This document shows positions 12,671 through 23,509 of a stretch of 64,000 nt of DNA, one piece after another. Each line of letters begins with the position of its first letter. Position 1 is the first letter of the stretch. The stretch is taken from NCBI GenBank assembly GCA_963845065.1, contig CAWJQQ010000002.1, positions 320,001-384,000 on the forward strand. The letters run 5' to 3'. Both the position numbers and the translations under genes were made by a program. The DNA is from Nitrospirota bacterium (GTDB lineage Bacteria; Nitrospirota; UBA9217). The notes under the pieces were generated by a model, which had not been told where the DNA came from, ran no database searches, and saw only the letters and a program-made list of their open reading frames with translations.

Positions 12671-13864
12671 ATGGACAAAAAAACCATTGAAAAAGTAGAC
12701 TTGAAGGGCAAACGTGTTTTCATCCGAGCCGACTTTAACGTACCGCTCGATGACGACGGCAACATCACCGATGACGGCAGAATACGGTCCACGCTACCGA
12801 CGATCAACTACGCCCTCGATGCCGGCGCCAAGGTGATCCTCGCATCCCACCTTGGCCGCCCGAAGGGCAAGCCTTCACCGAAATACAGCCTCGCACCGGT
12901 GGCAAAGCGGCTGTATCGGCTGCTCAACAAGGACGTACAATTCGCCAAAGACTGCATCGGTCCCGAGGTCGATCACATGGTCGCGGGCATGCGGCCTGGG
13001 GATGTTTTGCTTCTCGAGAACCTCAGATTCCATGCCGAAGAAGAAAAGAACGACGAGGCCTTTTCAAAAGCCCTCGCGGCATTCACCGATGTATATGTAA
13101 ATGATGCCTTCGGCACGGCTCATCGCGCCCATGCCTCGACCTACGGCATTACAAAATATGTTTCACAGTCTGTGGCTGGTTTCCTCATGATAAAAGAAAT
13201 CACCTATTTGCAGAAGACTGTTGCAGACCCCGTGCGTCCTTTCGTGGCAATTCTGGGCGGAGCTAAGGTTTCGGGAAAGATTGGCGTGATCGAAAACCTG
13301 CAGAACAAAGTGGACAAGATTATTGTAGGTGGAGCCATGGCCTTCACCTTCATCAAGGCGCGCGGGTATGAAGTAGGCAACTCACTTGTTGAGGCAGATA
13401 TGATCGAGATGGCGGAGCGCCTCAGAAAAAGCGCCCGCGACAAAGGCGTAAAATTCTACCTCCCCGTCGATTTTGTCGTGGCGGAGAACACCAACGACGG
13501 TGCAGAAACCAAAATCGTTACGTCCCAAGAGATCCCGAAGGGATGGGTCGGTCTTGACATCGGACCAGCTACTGTGCGGCTCTTCAGCGAAGCGCTGCAG
13601 AATGCGAAAACGATCATATGGAATGGTCCCATGGGAGTGTTCGAGAAAGACGCCTACTCCCGCGGAACGTTTGCCATCGCACGCTCCGTGGCGGACGCGT
13701 TCGCGACAACAATCGTCGGCGGCGGTGACACTGATATTGCCGTGCACAAAGCCGGCGTATCGGATAGTATGACCTTTATCTCCACCGGCGGCGGCGCATC
13801 GCTCGAGCTTCTCGAAGGCAAGGAACTGCCAGGCCTCGCAGCGTTGACGGATGATAAGGATTAA
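12671..13864 (+). CDS. pgk: Phosphoglycerate kinase
   Basis: [35 protein letters not shown]. Confidence 0.98.
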   Translation: MDKKTIEKVDLKGKRVFIRADFNVPLDDDGNITDDGRIRSTLPTINYALDAGAKVILASHLGRPKGKPSPKYSLAPVAKRLYRLLNKDVQFAKDCIGPEVDHMVAGMRPGDVLLLENLRFHAEEEKNDEAFSKALAAFTDVYVNDAFGTAHRAHASTYGITKYVSQSVAGFLMIKEITYLQKTVADPVRPFVAILGGAKVSGKIGVIENLQNKVDKIIVGGAMAFTFIKARGYEVGNSLVEADMIEMAERLRKSARDKGVKFYLPVDFVVAENTNDGAETKIVTSQEIPKGWVGLDIGPATVRLFSEALQNAKTIIWNGPMGVFEKDAYSRGTFAIARSVADAFATTIVGGGDTDIAVHKAGVSDSMTFISTGGGASLELLEGKELPGLAALTDDKD

Positions 13865-13974
13865 TATTTGTTATCTTGCGGAGACGCAGGGATTGGAGAG
13901 CTTGAATCCTAAATGGTATTTTGTGTTTTTTTCTCCACCTTTTCTGTGCCTCTGTGAGAGATAAGGAGCCTCTC

Positions 13975-14736
13975 ATGAATCCGAAAAGAAAGCCTATATT
14001 GGCAGGCAACTGGAAGATGAACAAGACCACAGCCGAGGCTCGCGACCTTGCCGCAAAGCTAGCGCCCCTTGTGTCCGGTGTAAAGAACCGGGAGATCGTG
14101 TTGGCACCGACCTTCACGTCGCTTCAAACCGTTAGCGAGGCGATCAAAGGGACTAATATGATTCTCGCTGCCCAGAACATGCATTGGGAGGATAGAGGCG
14201 CCTTTACTGGAGAGATTTCCGCTGAAATGCTGTTGGATTTAGGCTGCAAGTATGTTATTATTGGTCACAGTGAGCGTCGGCAATACTTCGGGGAGACCGA
14301 CGAGACTGTAAACAAGAAGGCCAAGCAGGCACTCAAGAAGGGGCTGAGTGTCATCCTGTGCATAGGCGAGACCTTGGCAGAGCGTGAAGTAGGCAAACTG
14401 AACGAGGTGATCAGCCGCCAGGTGACCAGCGGATTGAAAGATATCGGCGCCGAAGACATTAATAAGGTCGTGATCGCGTACGAGCCGGTCTGGGCCATCG
14501 GCACCGGCAAGACGGCGACACCTGAACAGGCAAACGACGTCCACAGCCTTATCCGCCAGAAGGTGAAGGCGCTTTACACCGCCGAAATCGCAGAGGGGCT
14601 TCGCATCCAGTACGGTGGAAGTGTGACCCCCGATAACGTTTCATCACTCATGGCGAAACCGGACATTGATGGCGCGCTAGTGGGCGGCGCTAGTCTGAAG
14701 CCGGATACGTTCGCCACATTGGTGAATTTCAAATAA
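13975..14736 (+). CDS. tpiA: Triosephosphate isomerase
   Basis: AGNWKM, GHSERR, AYEPVWAIGTG; AAGGAG RBS. Confidence 0.98.
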   Translation: MNPKRKPILAGNWKMNKTTAEARDLAAKLAPLVSGVKNREIVLAPTFTSLQTVSEAIKGTNMILAAQNMHWEDRGAFTGEISAEMLLDLGCKYVIIGHSERRQYFGETDETVNKKAKQALKKGLSVILCIGETLAEREVGKLNEVISRQVTSGLKDIGAEDINKVVIAYEPVWAIGTGKTATPEQANDVHSLIRQKVKALYTAEIAEGLRIQYGGSVTPDNVSSLMAKPDIDGALVGGASLKPDTFATLVNFK

Positions 14737-14844
14737 GGAGCAATCATAAATCGTCAAAACGAAGAATCGGAGAATCGGTGAGGCTTCTTAAGCCTCACCG
14801 CTATACCGGCTACCCATTTCGAAACACTCACGAAGGAGGCAGTA

Positions 14845-15168
14845 ATGCGAATTTTCCTGGTATCGCTTCACGTAATGGTCTCGGCCATCTTAATTGCGAT
14901 GGTTCTATTGCAAAAGGGCAAGGGTGCCGACATCGGCGCTGCATTCGGCGGCGCATCACAAACAGTGTTCGGCCCCCGGGGCGCGCAAAGTTTCCTGGCG
15001 AAGCTTACCACGACTGCAGCTATCATATTCATGTTCACGTCACTCGGTCTCGCGCTGACGACAAGCAACAGGAGTTCGGTCATGGAGAACGTAAAACCGC
15101 AGCAGACTGCACCAGCAGTTCCTCTCGCGCCGCCAGCTCCGATTCCGACACCGCTGCCGGCAAAATAG
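14845..15168 (+). CDS. secG: Preprotein translocase subunit SecG
   Basis: VLLQKGKGADIGAAFGG, two TM helices, follows tpiA. Confidence 0.95.
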   Translation: MRIFLVSLHVMVSAILIAMVLLQKGKGADIGAAFGGASQTVFGPRGAQSFLAKLTTTAAIIFMFTSLGLALTTSNRSSVMENVKPQQTAPAVPLAPPAPIPTPLPAK

Positions 15169-15202
15169 TCGTTCGTAAGTTTATGACCGTTACACATATT
15201 CG

Positions 15203-15236
15203 AAGGGGGTAGGCATCGCCTACCCTTTTGTTTTTT
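15203..15236 (+). terminator. Intrinsic terminator after secG
   Basis: GGGTAGGC-ATC-GCCTACCC followed by a T-rich run. Confidence 0.8.
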
Positions 15237-15239
15237 GCC

Positions 15240-16934
15240 ATGAAAACCAAAACAGCAGAAAAACCGAAAAAATGTTTCACGCCGCAGCCATCTCTAAGGA
15301 TCATAAACGAATCCTTTGGCTTTGTATCAGGAATCCTTCCTTCTCTGCGTCTGTGCTGGTTACCTGCTTTTTTGTTTTTATGCACATCGCTCATTTTCCT
15401 CTTCGCCTGCGGCAAGAAAGTCGAGCGAAACCCGAACACCTTCGTCGAGAGCTCCATCGGCGATGCGAGACGCTTGAATCCGGTCATAGCTAACGACTCC
15501 GCCTCGGCCACTATCAACGACCAAGTCTTTAACGGCCTGGTGAAGTACGACAAGGACATCAAGCTCGTTGGCGATCTGGCTGAACGGTGGGTGGTCACGA
15601 ACAAGGGCAAGACCATCACCTTCTATCTCCGCAAGGGTGTCAAATGGCATGACGGAGTTGAGTTCACTGCCGCAGATTGTTTGTTTACGTATAAAAAATT
15701 CATCGACCCGAAAGTCGCTACGCCGTACAGTAGTTCCTATATGGACGTTAAGAGGGCAGAGGTCGTGAACAAGTATGTCTTCCGCGTGACCTATAAAGAA
15801 CCTTTCTCGCCAGCACTCGAGAGCTGGGCTGCCGGCATAATCCCCGGACATCTGCTCGAAGGAAAAGACATCAACACCGATGCCTTCAACCGGCACCCCA
15901 TCGGCACCGGGCCCTACAAGTTCAAGGAGTGGGTCTCGGGCCAGAAAATCGTACTCGAAGCTAACGACGAATACTTCGAAGGCAGGCCTAAAATCGACCA
16001 GTTCATTTACCGCATTATCCCCGACAGTTCGACGATGTTCGAGGAACTACTTTCCGGCGGCGTCGACATGATGGGCCTGAACCCGCTCCAATACCTGCGA
16101 TTAAGCGAAACCCACCGTATCAAGAAGAACTACGTAAAATTCCGGTATCCTGCGAATGCCTTCACCTATATGGGTTATAACTTGCTCAATCCTTTGTTCG
16201 AGGATGTAAAGGTACGGCAGGCGCTCTCTTATGCAATCGACCGCCAAGGCATTATCGATGGCATCCTGCTCGGGCTCGGAAAGCCGTGCACTGGTCCTTT
16301 TTCATATGTGTCCTGGGCCTACAACCCGAACGCCAAAAGTTATGCGTACGATCCCGATCTGGCTCGCAGCATGCTTGCCCAGGCCGGGTGGCAGATTGGT
16401 AGAGGGGGTGGAATTCTTGAGAAAAACGGCAAGCCATTCCGGTTCACGATCATGACGAACCAGGGTAACACCGAGCGCATCCGCACTGCCGAGATTATCC
16501 AGCAGAACTTGAAGGCCGTGGGCATCGCAGTGAACATCAGGGTGATGGAATGGCAGGCATTTCTAGAGCAGATCGACAAACGGTCCTTTGACGCTATCAT
16601 CCTCGGATGGAGCATGGGCCGCGATCCGGACATCTATGATATCTGGCATTCGAGCAAGACGAAGAAGGGGGAATACAATTTCATTGGCTATAAAAATCCC
16701 GTCGTAGACCGTCTGCTTGTCGAGGGCCGGCGCACCTTCGACTTGGAAAAACGAAAGAAAATCTACTACCAGATTCACGCGATCCTTGCCGAGGAACAGC
16801 CCTATGCGTTCCTCTATGTGCCTGACTCGCTGCCGATCGTGCACAGGCGTTTCAAAGGCATCAAAGTTGAGCCATTAGGTATTTTCTACAACTTCCGGGA
16901 GTGGTACGTGCCGCAAAACAGAATGGACTGGTGA
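15240..16934 (+). CDS. Peptide ABC transporter substrate-binding lipoprotein (SBP family 5)
   Basis: Lipobox-like LFAC, LRKGVKWHDG, PIGTGPYKF, VRQALSYAIDR; start uncertain. Confidence 0.9.
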   Translation: MKTKTAEKPKKCFTPQPSLRIINESFGFVSGILPSLRLCWLPAFLFLCTSLIFLFACGKKVERNPNTFVESSIGDARRLNPVIANDSASATINDQVFNGLVKYDKDIKLVGDLAERWVVTNKGKTITFYLRKGVKWHDGVEFTAADCLFTYKKFIDPKVATPYSSSYMDVKRAEVVNKYVFRVTYKEPFSPALESWAAGIIPGHLLEGKDINTDAFNRHPIGTGPYKFKEWVSGQKIVLEANDEYFEGRPKIDQFIYRIIPDSSTMFEELLSGGVDMMGLNPLQYLRLSETHRIKKNYVKFRYPANAFTYMGYNLLNPLFEDVKVRQALSYAIDRQGIIDGILLGLGKPCTGPFSYVSWAYNPNAKSYAYDPDLARSMLAQAGWQIGRGGGILEKNGKPFRFTIMTNQGNTERIRTAEIIQQNLKAVGIAVNIRVMEWQAFLEQIDKRSFDAIILGWSMGRDPDIYDIWHSSKTKKGEYNFIGYKNPVVDRLLVEGRRTFDLEKRKKIYYQIHAILAEEQPYAFLYVPDSLPIVHRRFKGIKVEPLGIFYNFREWYVPQNRMDW

Positions 16935-17020
16935 AATAAATTTCGTTCAATATTCAGCGTCTTGGCCCACGATTCTAAATTTTAATTCCGAATCCCGAAC
17001 TTTGAACACTCCGCATAATT

Positions 17021-18004
17021 ATGGCAATCATCAACGTTCACAATCTCACTAAGCAATTCAAGACCCTCACAGCCATTGACGGCATATCGTTCTCAGTTGA
17101 AGAAGGAGAGGTTTTCGGCTTCCTTGGCCCGAACGGAGCGGGAAAGACAACAACCATCAGCATTCTTTGCACGCTGATATCCCCTTCGTCGGGAAAAGCC
17201 GAGATTGCGAACTTCGACTGCGCAAGGAACCCAGATCAGGTACGCATGGCCATCGGCCTTATCTTCCAGGACACCACGCTGGATGTGGGCTTGACCGCCT
17301 ATGAAAACCTGAAGTTCCACGCCTATCTTTATAACCTCGACAGCAAGCTTGCGGAAAAGAGGATAGATGAGATGCTCACGGTCGTCGAGCTCCAGGGCCG
17401 AAAGCACGACCTACTCAAGAACTTTTCCGGCGGTATGAAGCGAAGACTTGAGATCGCCCGTGGACTTCTTCATTATCCCCGTGTGCTTTTTCTCGACGAA
17501 CCTACTCTGGGGCTTGACCCGCAGACCCGAAGCACGATATGGGACTTCATCAACATGCTCAGGGGAAAAGAAAAAATCACTGTATTCATGACGACCCATT
17601 ACATGGAGGAAGCTGAGAACTGCGATCGTATCGCTATCATCGACCATGGCAAGATCATCGCACTGGACACACCGAAGAAGCTCAAACAGATGGTTCACGG
17701 AGATATCATTCGCATCATTACTGAGGACAACCGAAAGGCAGTATCTGAAATTCAAAGTCTTTTCAACATCTCAGCGTGTGAGGCTAATGGAACCCTGGTC
17801 CTGGAAACAGAACGGGGAGACGAGTTTATCCCCAGACTGATCCATTCGCTATCAATCACAACGAAGTCCGTAAGCATCCAGAAACCAACCCTGAATGACG
17901 TGTTTCTTAAACTAACCGGCAGGACAATTAGGGACGACATGCTGCAGGACAACAAGGAAGTAACCCGCGAATTTGTGCGCAGCCACCGGAGGGCGCAGCG
18001 ATGA
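17021..18004 (+). CDS. ABC exporter ATP-binding subunit (DrrA-like)
   Basis: GPNGAGKT, FSGGMKRR, LDEPT, THYMEEA. Confidence 0.92.
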   Translation: MAIINVHNLTKQFKTLTAIDGISFSVEEGEVFGFLGPNGAGKTTTISILCTLISPSSGKAEIANFDCARNPDQVRMAIGLIFQDTTLDVGLTAYENLKFHAYLYNLDSKLAEKRIDEMLTVVELQGRKHDLLKNFSGGMKRRLEIARGLLHYPRVLFLDEPTLGLDPQTRSTIWDFINMLRGKEKITVFMTTHYMEEAENCDRIAIIDHGKIIALDTPKKLKQMVHGDIIRIITEDNRKAVSEIQSLFNISACEANGTLVLETERGDEFIPRLIHSLSITTKSVSIQKPTLNDVFLKLTGRTIRDDMLQDNKEVTREFVRSHRRAQR

Positions 18005-18768
18005 TCCAGGTTCGCCCGATTTACGTCATCTGCCTTCGGGAGTTCATTAAATTCTTCCGCGAAAAAAGCCGACTACTTGGTACGCTGGCGCGGCCCGTGC
18101 TCTGGCTCTTTGTGGTGGGTAACGGGATGGGCACGCTGATTAAGCCCCGGGCGGGATTCTCATATCTGCAATTCATTTTTCCCGGCATGATCGGCATGAC
18201 CATTTTGTTCTCATCAATCTTTTCGTCCATCTCGATTGTCTGGGACCGGGAATTCGGGTTCATGAAAGAAATGCTCGTGGCGCCAATCTCACGGCTTTCA
18301 ATCGTCATCGGCAAAACCATTTCTGGGACACTTATCTCGGTCGCACAGGCAATCATCATTTTAGTCCTGATTCCCTTCCTGGGTATCCATATAACGGTGA
18401 TACAGTTTTTTGAGGTCGTGGCCGTAGCAGTGCTAGTTTCGTGCTGCATTACCTCGCTGGGGATTCTGATCGCGGCACGGCTCACCTCCTTCGATGGATT
18501 CAACATCATCATGAATTTCCTCGTTATGCCCATGCTATTCCTCTCCGGCGCCATGTATCCCGTCACAGCCATGCCGCCTGCACTCAGGCATCTTACTTTA
18601 ATCAATCCCCTTACTTACGGCATTGATGCGTTCAAGCACGTGCTACTGCGAAACGGCACGCCTCCCCTCGGACCAGAGTTCCCTCTCACCCTCGATCTTT
18701 TTCTCGTCGTGACAATATCCGCGATCATGCTCACGCTTGCAGCATTGTCGTTCAGAAAAAAAGATTGA
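18001..18768 (+). CDS. ABC-2 type permease
   Basis: DREFGFMKEMLVAP, LSGAMYP, NPLTY; ATGA overlap. Confidence 0.92.
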   Translation: MIQVRPIYVICLREFIKFFREKSRLLGTLARPVLWLFVVGNGMGTLIKPRAGFSYLQFIFPGMIGMTILFSSIFSSISIVWDREFGFMKEMLVAPISRLSIVIGKTISGTLISVAQAIIILVLIPFLGIHITVIQFFEVVAVAVLVSCCITSLGILIAARLTSFDGFNIIMNFLVMPMLFLSGAMYPVTAMPPALRHLTLINPLTYGIDAFKHVLLRNGTPPLGPEFPLTLDLFLVVTISAIMLTLAALSFRKKD

Positions 18769-18815
18769 CTTCCTCCCTGCCCTGAAGCAACTAGGTTTTA
18801 TGGCGCCGATAGTAA
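18765..18815 (-). repeat. IS200/IS605-derived fused-end mini-element
   Basis: Minus strand TTAC|TATCGGCGCCATAAAACCTAGTTGCTTCAGGGCAGGGAGGAAGTCAA; overlaps the permease stop codon. Confidence 0.55.
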
Positions 18816-19031
18816 CAACCGTAGAATCAACTACCCCATGGATAGATCCAGAGCATTCCTCGGCGAGAGGTAATGAAAGGTTACGATTTCTGGCCATCAA
18901 CTTTCCCAGATTTGACCCGTGCGGCAAAATATTTTTATAAGGCAATTAAAATGCAAAAATCATTACTTCAAACAATATTCTCCCTAATGGCGCGATACAT
19001 CTTTATCTAACAACATATATTTCGATTCCGG

Positions 19032-21581
19032 TCACCGTTCCACCAGTCTGCGAAAGAACCACTGCTTGATCCTTTCAACAGCAAAGAGATAGAAAATCAC
19101 GATAACGGTAAGGATCAAATAAAATGATAATGGCAGTTCTACGAACCCGAAGTATCTGCCGAACGGCGTGTATGGGATTGCTACGGCCAGCAGTACGACC
19201 GAGAGTGAGCACAAAGTAAGCCAGACGTTAGGACGACTTTTAAATGGATTCCTACGGGTCCGGATAATGAAAATGACGAGTACCTGGGTCGCCATGGACT
19301 CTACGAACCAGCCGGTATGAAAAAGCTTTTCCCCCGCATGAAACAGATGCAGCATGGTGTAAAAGGTCAGAAAGTCAAAAATGGAACTCACAGGCCCTAT
19401 AGCCAGCATGAAGTTGCGGATAAAGTTCATATTCCAATGCCGGGGCTGAGTGAGATACTCTTCATCAACACTGTCGAGCGGGATAGGTATCTCCGAAACA
19501 TCATAAAGGAGATTATTCAAAAGGATCTGTACTGGCAGCATGGGAAGAAAGGGCAGAAAGAGGGTTGCTCCAGCCATGCTGAACATGTTCCCGAAATTGG
19601 AGCTTGTTCCCATCATGATGTATTTCATGATGTTGCCGTAGGTGCGTCGGCCTTCCACGACGCCTTCGTGGAGTACGTTCAGGTCCTGTTCCAGAAGAAT
19701 CATCTCCGCCGCGCTTTTTGCCACGTCCACGGCGCTATCCACTGAGATGCCGATGTCCGCAGAATGAAGCGATGGCGCGTCATTAATACCGTCGCCCATA
19801 TACCCCACTACCCTACCCCGACGCTTTAATGCAAGGATGACCTGATTTTTTTGCGTGGGGTTAACCCGGCAAAAAAGATTCACATTCTCTACGCAGGCCG
19901 CCAGTGCGTAGTCATCCATACCTTGCATCTCCGCACCTGTCAATATTCCGGTTATCGGCACGCCCAGCTTCTCACAGATATGCCTTGTAACCAGTTCATT
20001 GTCTCCAGTTACGACCTTGACTGCTATCCCCGCGTTTGTGAGCTTGACTAAGGCTGCTTGAGCGCTCTCCTTCGGCGGATCGAAAAATGCGGCGAACCCG
20101 GCAAAGACCAGCGCTGTCTCATCATTGACCACGGCATGATGTTCGATTGCCTCTACCTGCTTCCAGGCAACTCCGAGCACGCGGAAACCATCACGCGCGA
20201 ATGTTTCCGAGAGAGTCTGTATCCTGGCCATACTGGCTTCATCTAGTACGTTAAGATCCGTCTTCTCGTTTCCCTCAAAATGGGTAGCGAGACGGAGGAT
20301 GTCCTCTGGAGCACCTTTTACTACGAGGAGCCTTATCTGCCCGTTATCAACGATCACGGAAACCCGACGCCGCTCAAAATCGAAGGGGACCTCATCGATC
20401 TTCTTCCAGGCTGCAACATTGATCTCTTTGTGCTCGAGAATGGCGTCATCCATCGGACTCCGCAGCCCTGATTCAAAGAAACTGTTCAGGTACGCCAGCT
20501 CAAGAACGCGGCTGCTATCCCGGCCAAGACCATCCACATGGCGCTCCAAATGGATACACGCCTCCGTGAGCGTACCGGTTTTGTCAGTACACAGCACATC
20601 CATACTCCCTAGGTTATGGATTGATTCGAGCCGTTTTACAATCACCTTCTTCTTTGCCATACGTAAGGCGCCTCGTGCCAAGGTCACGGAAACTACCATA
20701 GGCAGAAGCTCAGGGGTGAGTCCCACCGCAAGAGCCACGGCAAAGAGAAAGGATTCGAGCCAGGGCCGGTTAAAAACCGCGTTGACCAATACTACAAAAA
20801 GAACGAGCAAGATCGTAAACCTCATGATCAAGAGCCCGAAGCGCTGAGTGCCCTGTTCAAAAGAGGTGGGAGGAGCCTTTGCGGTAAGCGTATCGGAGAT
20901 CTCGCCCAAAGAGGTGTTTGGTCCGGTGCGGCAGATGAGCACCGTGGCAGATCCGCTCACCACGGACGTGCCCATGAACACGGAGTTCACTGCATCGGCC
21001 ATGTCCTGCCCTGCATCAGGCAGATCGCGAGAAAACTTTTCGATTGGATAGGATTCCCCGGTCAAGAGCGCCTGTCTCACAAAGAAATCCTTTGCAGCCA
21101 GCACTCGTCCGTCTCCGGGTATCAAGTCCCCTGCCGCAAGAAGGACTACATCCCCCGGTACTAACGTCGCCGTGGGAACGTCGATGTTCTTCCCGTTGCG
21201 CAATGCCTGAACTAGGATAGCAACCGACTGGCGAAGCTGTTCCGCAGCCTTACCCGCTCGGAACTCCTGGATAAAGTCCAGGGTGACGCTCATGACAACA
21301 ATGGCGCTGATGATCAGGAAGCTGGTCACATCGCCAGTAAAGGCGGATACTGCGCTGGCGATGAGGAGGATGAGGACAAGGGGATTTTTGAATCTGGCGA
21401 GGAACTGGAACACGAGCGCACGTTTCCGCATCGGCCGCAGTACATTGGGGCCGACTTGCTTTAGTCGATCCTCCGCATCACTATTCGAAAGCCCGTCGGC
21501 GGTAGCGTTAAGTTGTTTAAAAAGTTCGAGAACGGATTGCCGCCAGAAAACTATTTTCGTATTGGACGGAGAATCAATCAT
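19032..21581 (-). CDS. mgtA: Mg2+-importing P-type ATPase
   Basis: LTGES, AVGLTPELLP, DKTGTLT, KGAPE, GDGINDA, SSNFGNMFS. Confidence 0.93.
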   Translation of the reverse strand: MIDSPSNTKIVFWRQSVLELFKQLNATADGLSNSDAEDRLKQVGPNVLRPMRKRALVFQFLARFKNPLVLILLIASAVSAFTGDVTSFLIISAIVVMSVTLDFIQEFRAGKAAEQLRQSVAILVQALRNGKNIDVPTATLVPGDVVLLAAGDLIPGDGRVLAAKDFFVRQALLTGESYPIEKFSRDLPDAGQDMADAVNSVFMGTSVVSGSATVLICRTGPNTSLGEISDTLTAKAPPTSFEQGTQRFGLLIMRFTILLVLFVVLVNAVFNRPWLESFLFAVALAVGLTPELLPMVVSVTLARGALRMAKKKVIVKRLESIHNLGSMDVLCTDKTGTLTEACIHLERHVDGLGRDSSRVLELAYLNSFFESGLRSPMDDAILEHKEINVAAWKKIDEVPFDFERRRVSVIVDNGQIRLLVVKGAPEDILRLATHFEGNEKTDLNVLDEASMARIQTLSETFARDGFRVLGVAWKQVEAIEHHAVVNDETALVFAGFAAFFDPPKESAQAALVKLTNAGIAVKVVTGDNELVTRHICEKLGVPITGILTGAEMQGMDDYALAACVENVNLFCRVNPTQKNQVILALKRRGRVVGYMGDGINDAPSLHSADIGISVDSAVDVAKSAAEMILLEQDLNVLHEGVVEGRRTYGNIMKYIMMGTSSNFGNMFSMAGATLFLPFLPMLPVQILLNNLLYDVSEIPIPLDSVDEEYLTQPRHWNMNFIRNFMLAIGPVSSIFDFLTFYTMLHLFHAGEKLFHTGWFVESMATQVLVIFIIRTRRNPFKSRPNVWLTLCSLSVVLLAVAIPYTPFGRYFGFVELPLSFYLILTVIVIFYLFAVERIKQWFFRRLVER

Positions 21582-21733
21582 GATGGTGTTCCTTAAGTAT
21601 GCATGCTTAGGTTGTATAGGGAAAATAACATGAGATAATTACATACTTGTGTTTTTGCAACGAGTAACGAGCACGAAGTTTATCGGCAAGCATAGTAGGG
21701 TTTCGCAATTTTAGATCATTATCCGATTTATGG

Positions 21734-22252
21734 TTATGGTTTAACTTGTTTGGCAAATCTTCCTTGATATTTAGCATGACCGTCACATTTTTCAAATATA
21801 AATTGACAAATCTTGGTACCTGGATACAGTGCCAACGGTCCGTGTCCTAAATTTACTATTTCCAGAACTTGATGGTTAGAGATGCCTGGATGCATAAAAC
21901 CGGCCGTAACATGAACAGCAAGTCCATAGCGTGCGAATCTGCTTCTTCCTTCAAGCCGCCCTGACATGTTATCGGCAAGTGTAATTTTTTCCTTCGTGAT
22001 TCCCAGAATCATCTCTCCCGGTTGAACAACTATATAGCCGCCGTCTTTAATGCGTACATCCTTGGTTATTGCCTGAAATTTAGAATCATTTTTTACGTGA
22101 TAGACCTTTGATTGTTTTTTAAATATCCTGAAATCATTCCCAAGTGTAAGATCGATTGAGCCGGGTCCAATCTGCGCTTTGTCCAGGGGTTCGATAACGA
22201 TCAATTTATTTTTTAAAGCTTTCTCGATTTCTTTACCGATCAATACACTCAT
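21734..22252 (-). CDS. dcd: dCTP deaminase
   Basis: SIDLTLG, GRSRFARYGL, TAGFMHPG, LEIVN, ICQ. Confidence 0.9.
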   Translation of the reverse strand: MSVLIGKEIEKALKNKLIVIEPLDKAQIGPGSIDLTLGNDFRIFKKQSKVYHVKNDSKFQAITKDVRIKDGGYIVVQPGEMILGITKEKITLADNMSGRLEGRSRFARYGLAVHVTAGFMHPGISNHQVLEIVNLGHGPLALYPGTKICQFIFEKCDGHAKYQGRFAKQVKP

Positions 22253-22407
22253 CGTACTTTTTTCCTCTCAATGAATACGCTTTATTATCTGGACTTGCTT
22301 CATACTAATACCAAGTATTCTCGGCATGTCTCACGTGAACCTTACACGACCCAACAACCCTTATCGCTTGCATCGACTGGGAAGATAACCGCAAAATCCG
22401 GGATATC

Positions 22408-22548
22408 CTAGGAAGACCTGCGGTTCCAGCGATATCTCCTGTCTTTCCCTCTTCTGCGTTCAGCGCCCTCGTATTTCGGATCATTTGCCTTTCTCCGATC
22501 ATCGCCTGAGCGTCGGTTATTCTCAGACCTGTTTTCTTTTTTCCCCAT
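22408..22548 (-). CDS. 46-aa Arg-rich small protein (not in ORF track)
   Basis: MGKKENRSENNRRSGDDRRKANDPKYEGAERRRGKDRRYRWNRRSS; GAGGG RBS. Confidence 0.55.
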   Translation of the reverse strand: MGKKENRSENNRRSGDDRRKANDPKYEGAERRRGKDRRYRWNRRSS

Positions 22549-22868
22549 AAGCCCTCACTGTCTCCTGTATCGGGCGGAAAGAACCCAAATAGCTTCACCT
22601 TGAGTAAACCACGGTGTCAGCCAATTCACCGTTAATAACGCCCTCATAACTCTATCCGTGCTTAAGCTAGCTACTTTTCAGTAATGATTTATGTACAATT
22701 GCAGAATCATATACTCTGAGTGAAGTGTATCTAAATGGCGGGAGGGAGTCAATTTAAAAACGACCGATACTTGGTTAACATTTTTGGGCGCAAAGTTCGA
22801 AGTCTTATCTTCAAGACCGGACAGGTGCGACGGCAAATCGTGCCCAACTGCTCAGGTACCATTTTTAT

Positions 22869-23377
22869 CTCAATGCGCCGTAAGACCCTGGCCGTGAGGC
22901 CGGGGATATAAGGCGCTGGTTGTGAAGAAAACAAAGAATTGCTATTTTCACGATACATTGACAATTGTTCACCTTCCTGATATAATTACCACCATGACTG
23001 ATCGAGCAAAAGAGCCCGATGTCCAAACAATGACTGTCGTTGGTAAAGCATTGGTAACGGACGACAGCACAGCTCTATCGCTCGGGCTGCTTGGTTTTTC
23101 CGCAACGAAGCTTTGGAACGCCGCTGTGTGGCAATTGCCCCAGTTATTAAGTTGGTGCGGCAAGCAACGATTAGTATGAAAGGAGCTCTCTAAGGGAGGG
23201 GAATTCTTGCGTTATCCGAACCGCTCCTTTTAAGGGTACGGTGCGCGATAACGATGCACCCCTTGTCGTATGAGCTTCTAAGCTATATATGATGCCGTAG
23301 CGTTTATCAATTCAGCACGCAAGAGAGAAACAAAGCCCTGCAGCCCTGGTCCACTGTCGAGGCTACGGGCAGGTCAA
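22869..23377 (+). mobile_element. Internally deleted IS200/IS605 element with a tnpB 5' fragment
   Basis: TTTAT|CTCAATGCGCCGTAAGACCCTGGCCGTGAGGCCGGGGATATAAGGCGC left end; 22994-23179 encodes a TnpB-like SATKLWNAA; ends GGGCAGGTCAA. Confidence 0.6.
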
Positions 23378-23509
23378 ATGCCGAACTATGGATTATATCA
23401 TCCGAGCCGATATGGAAAACCATTTAACAGTTTATCCTAATCGTTAAGTTAGTTAATCCCATTCCCCAGCAGATTCAAGACAATACTTCGGTCAAGGTCC
23501 TTACTCGAT

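Noticed and set aside
13877..13960. CGCAG/CACAGAG..CTCTGTG-type intergenic inverted repeats (also ~37945, ~40420, ~53610)
   Set aside because: Too short and degenerate to define as a family by eye.
21582..21733. Mg2+ riboswitch or leader upstream of mgtA
   Set aside because: No recognisable M-box or Pro-rich leader peptide.
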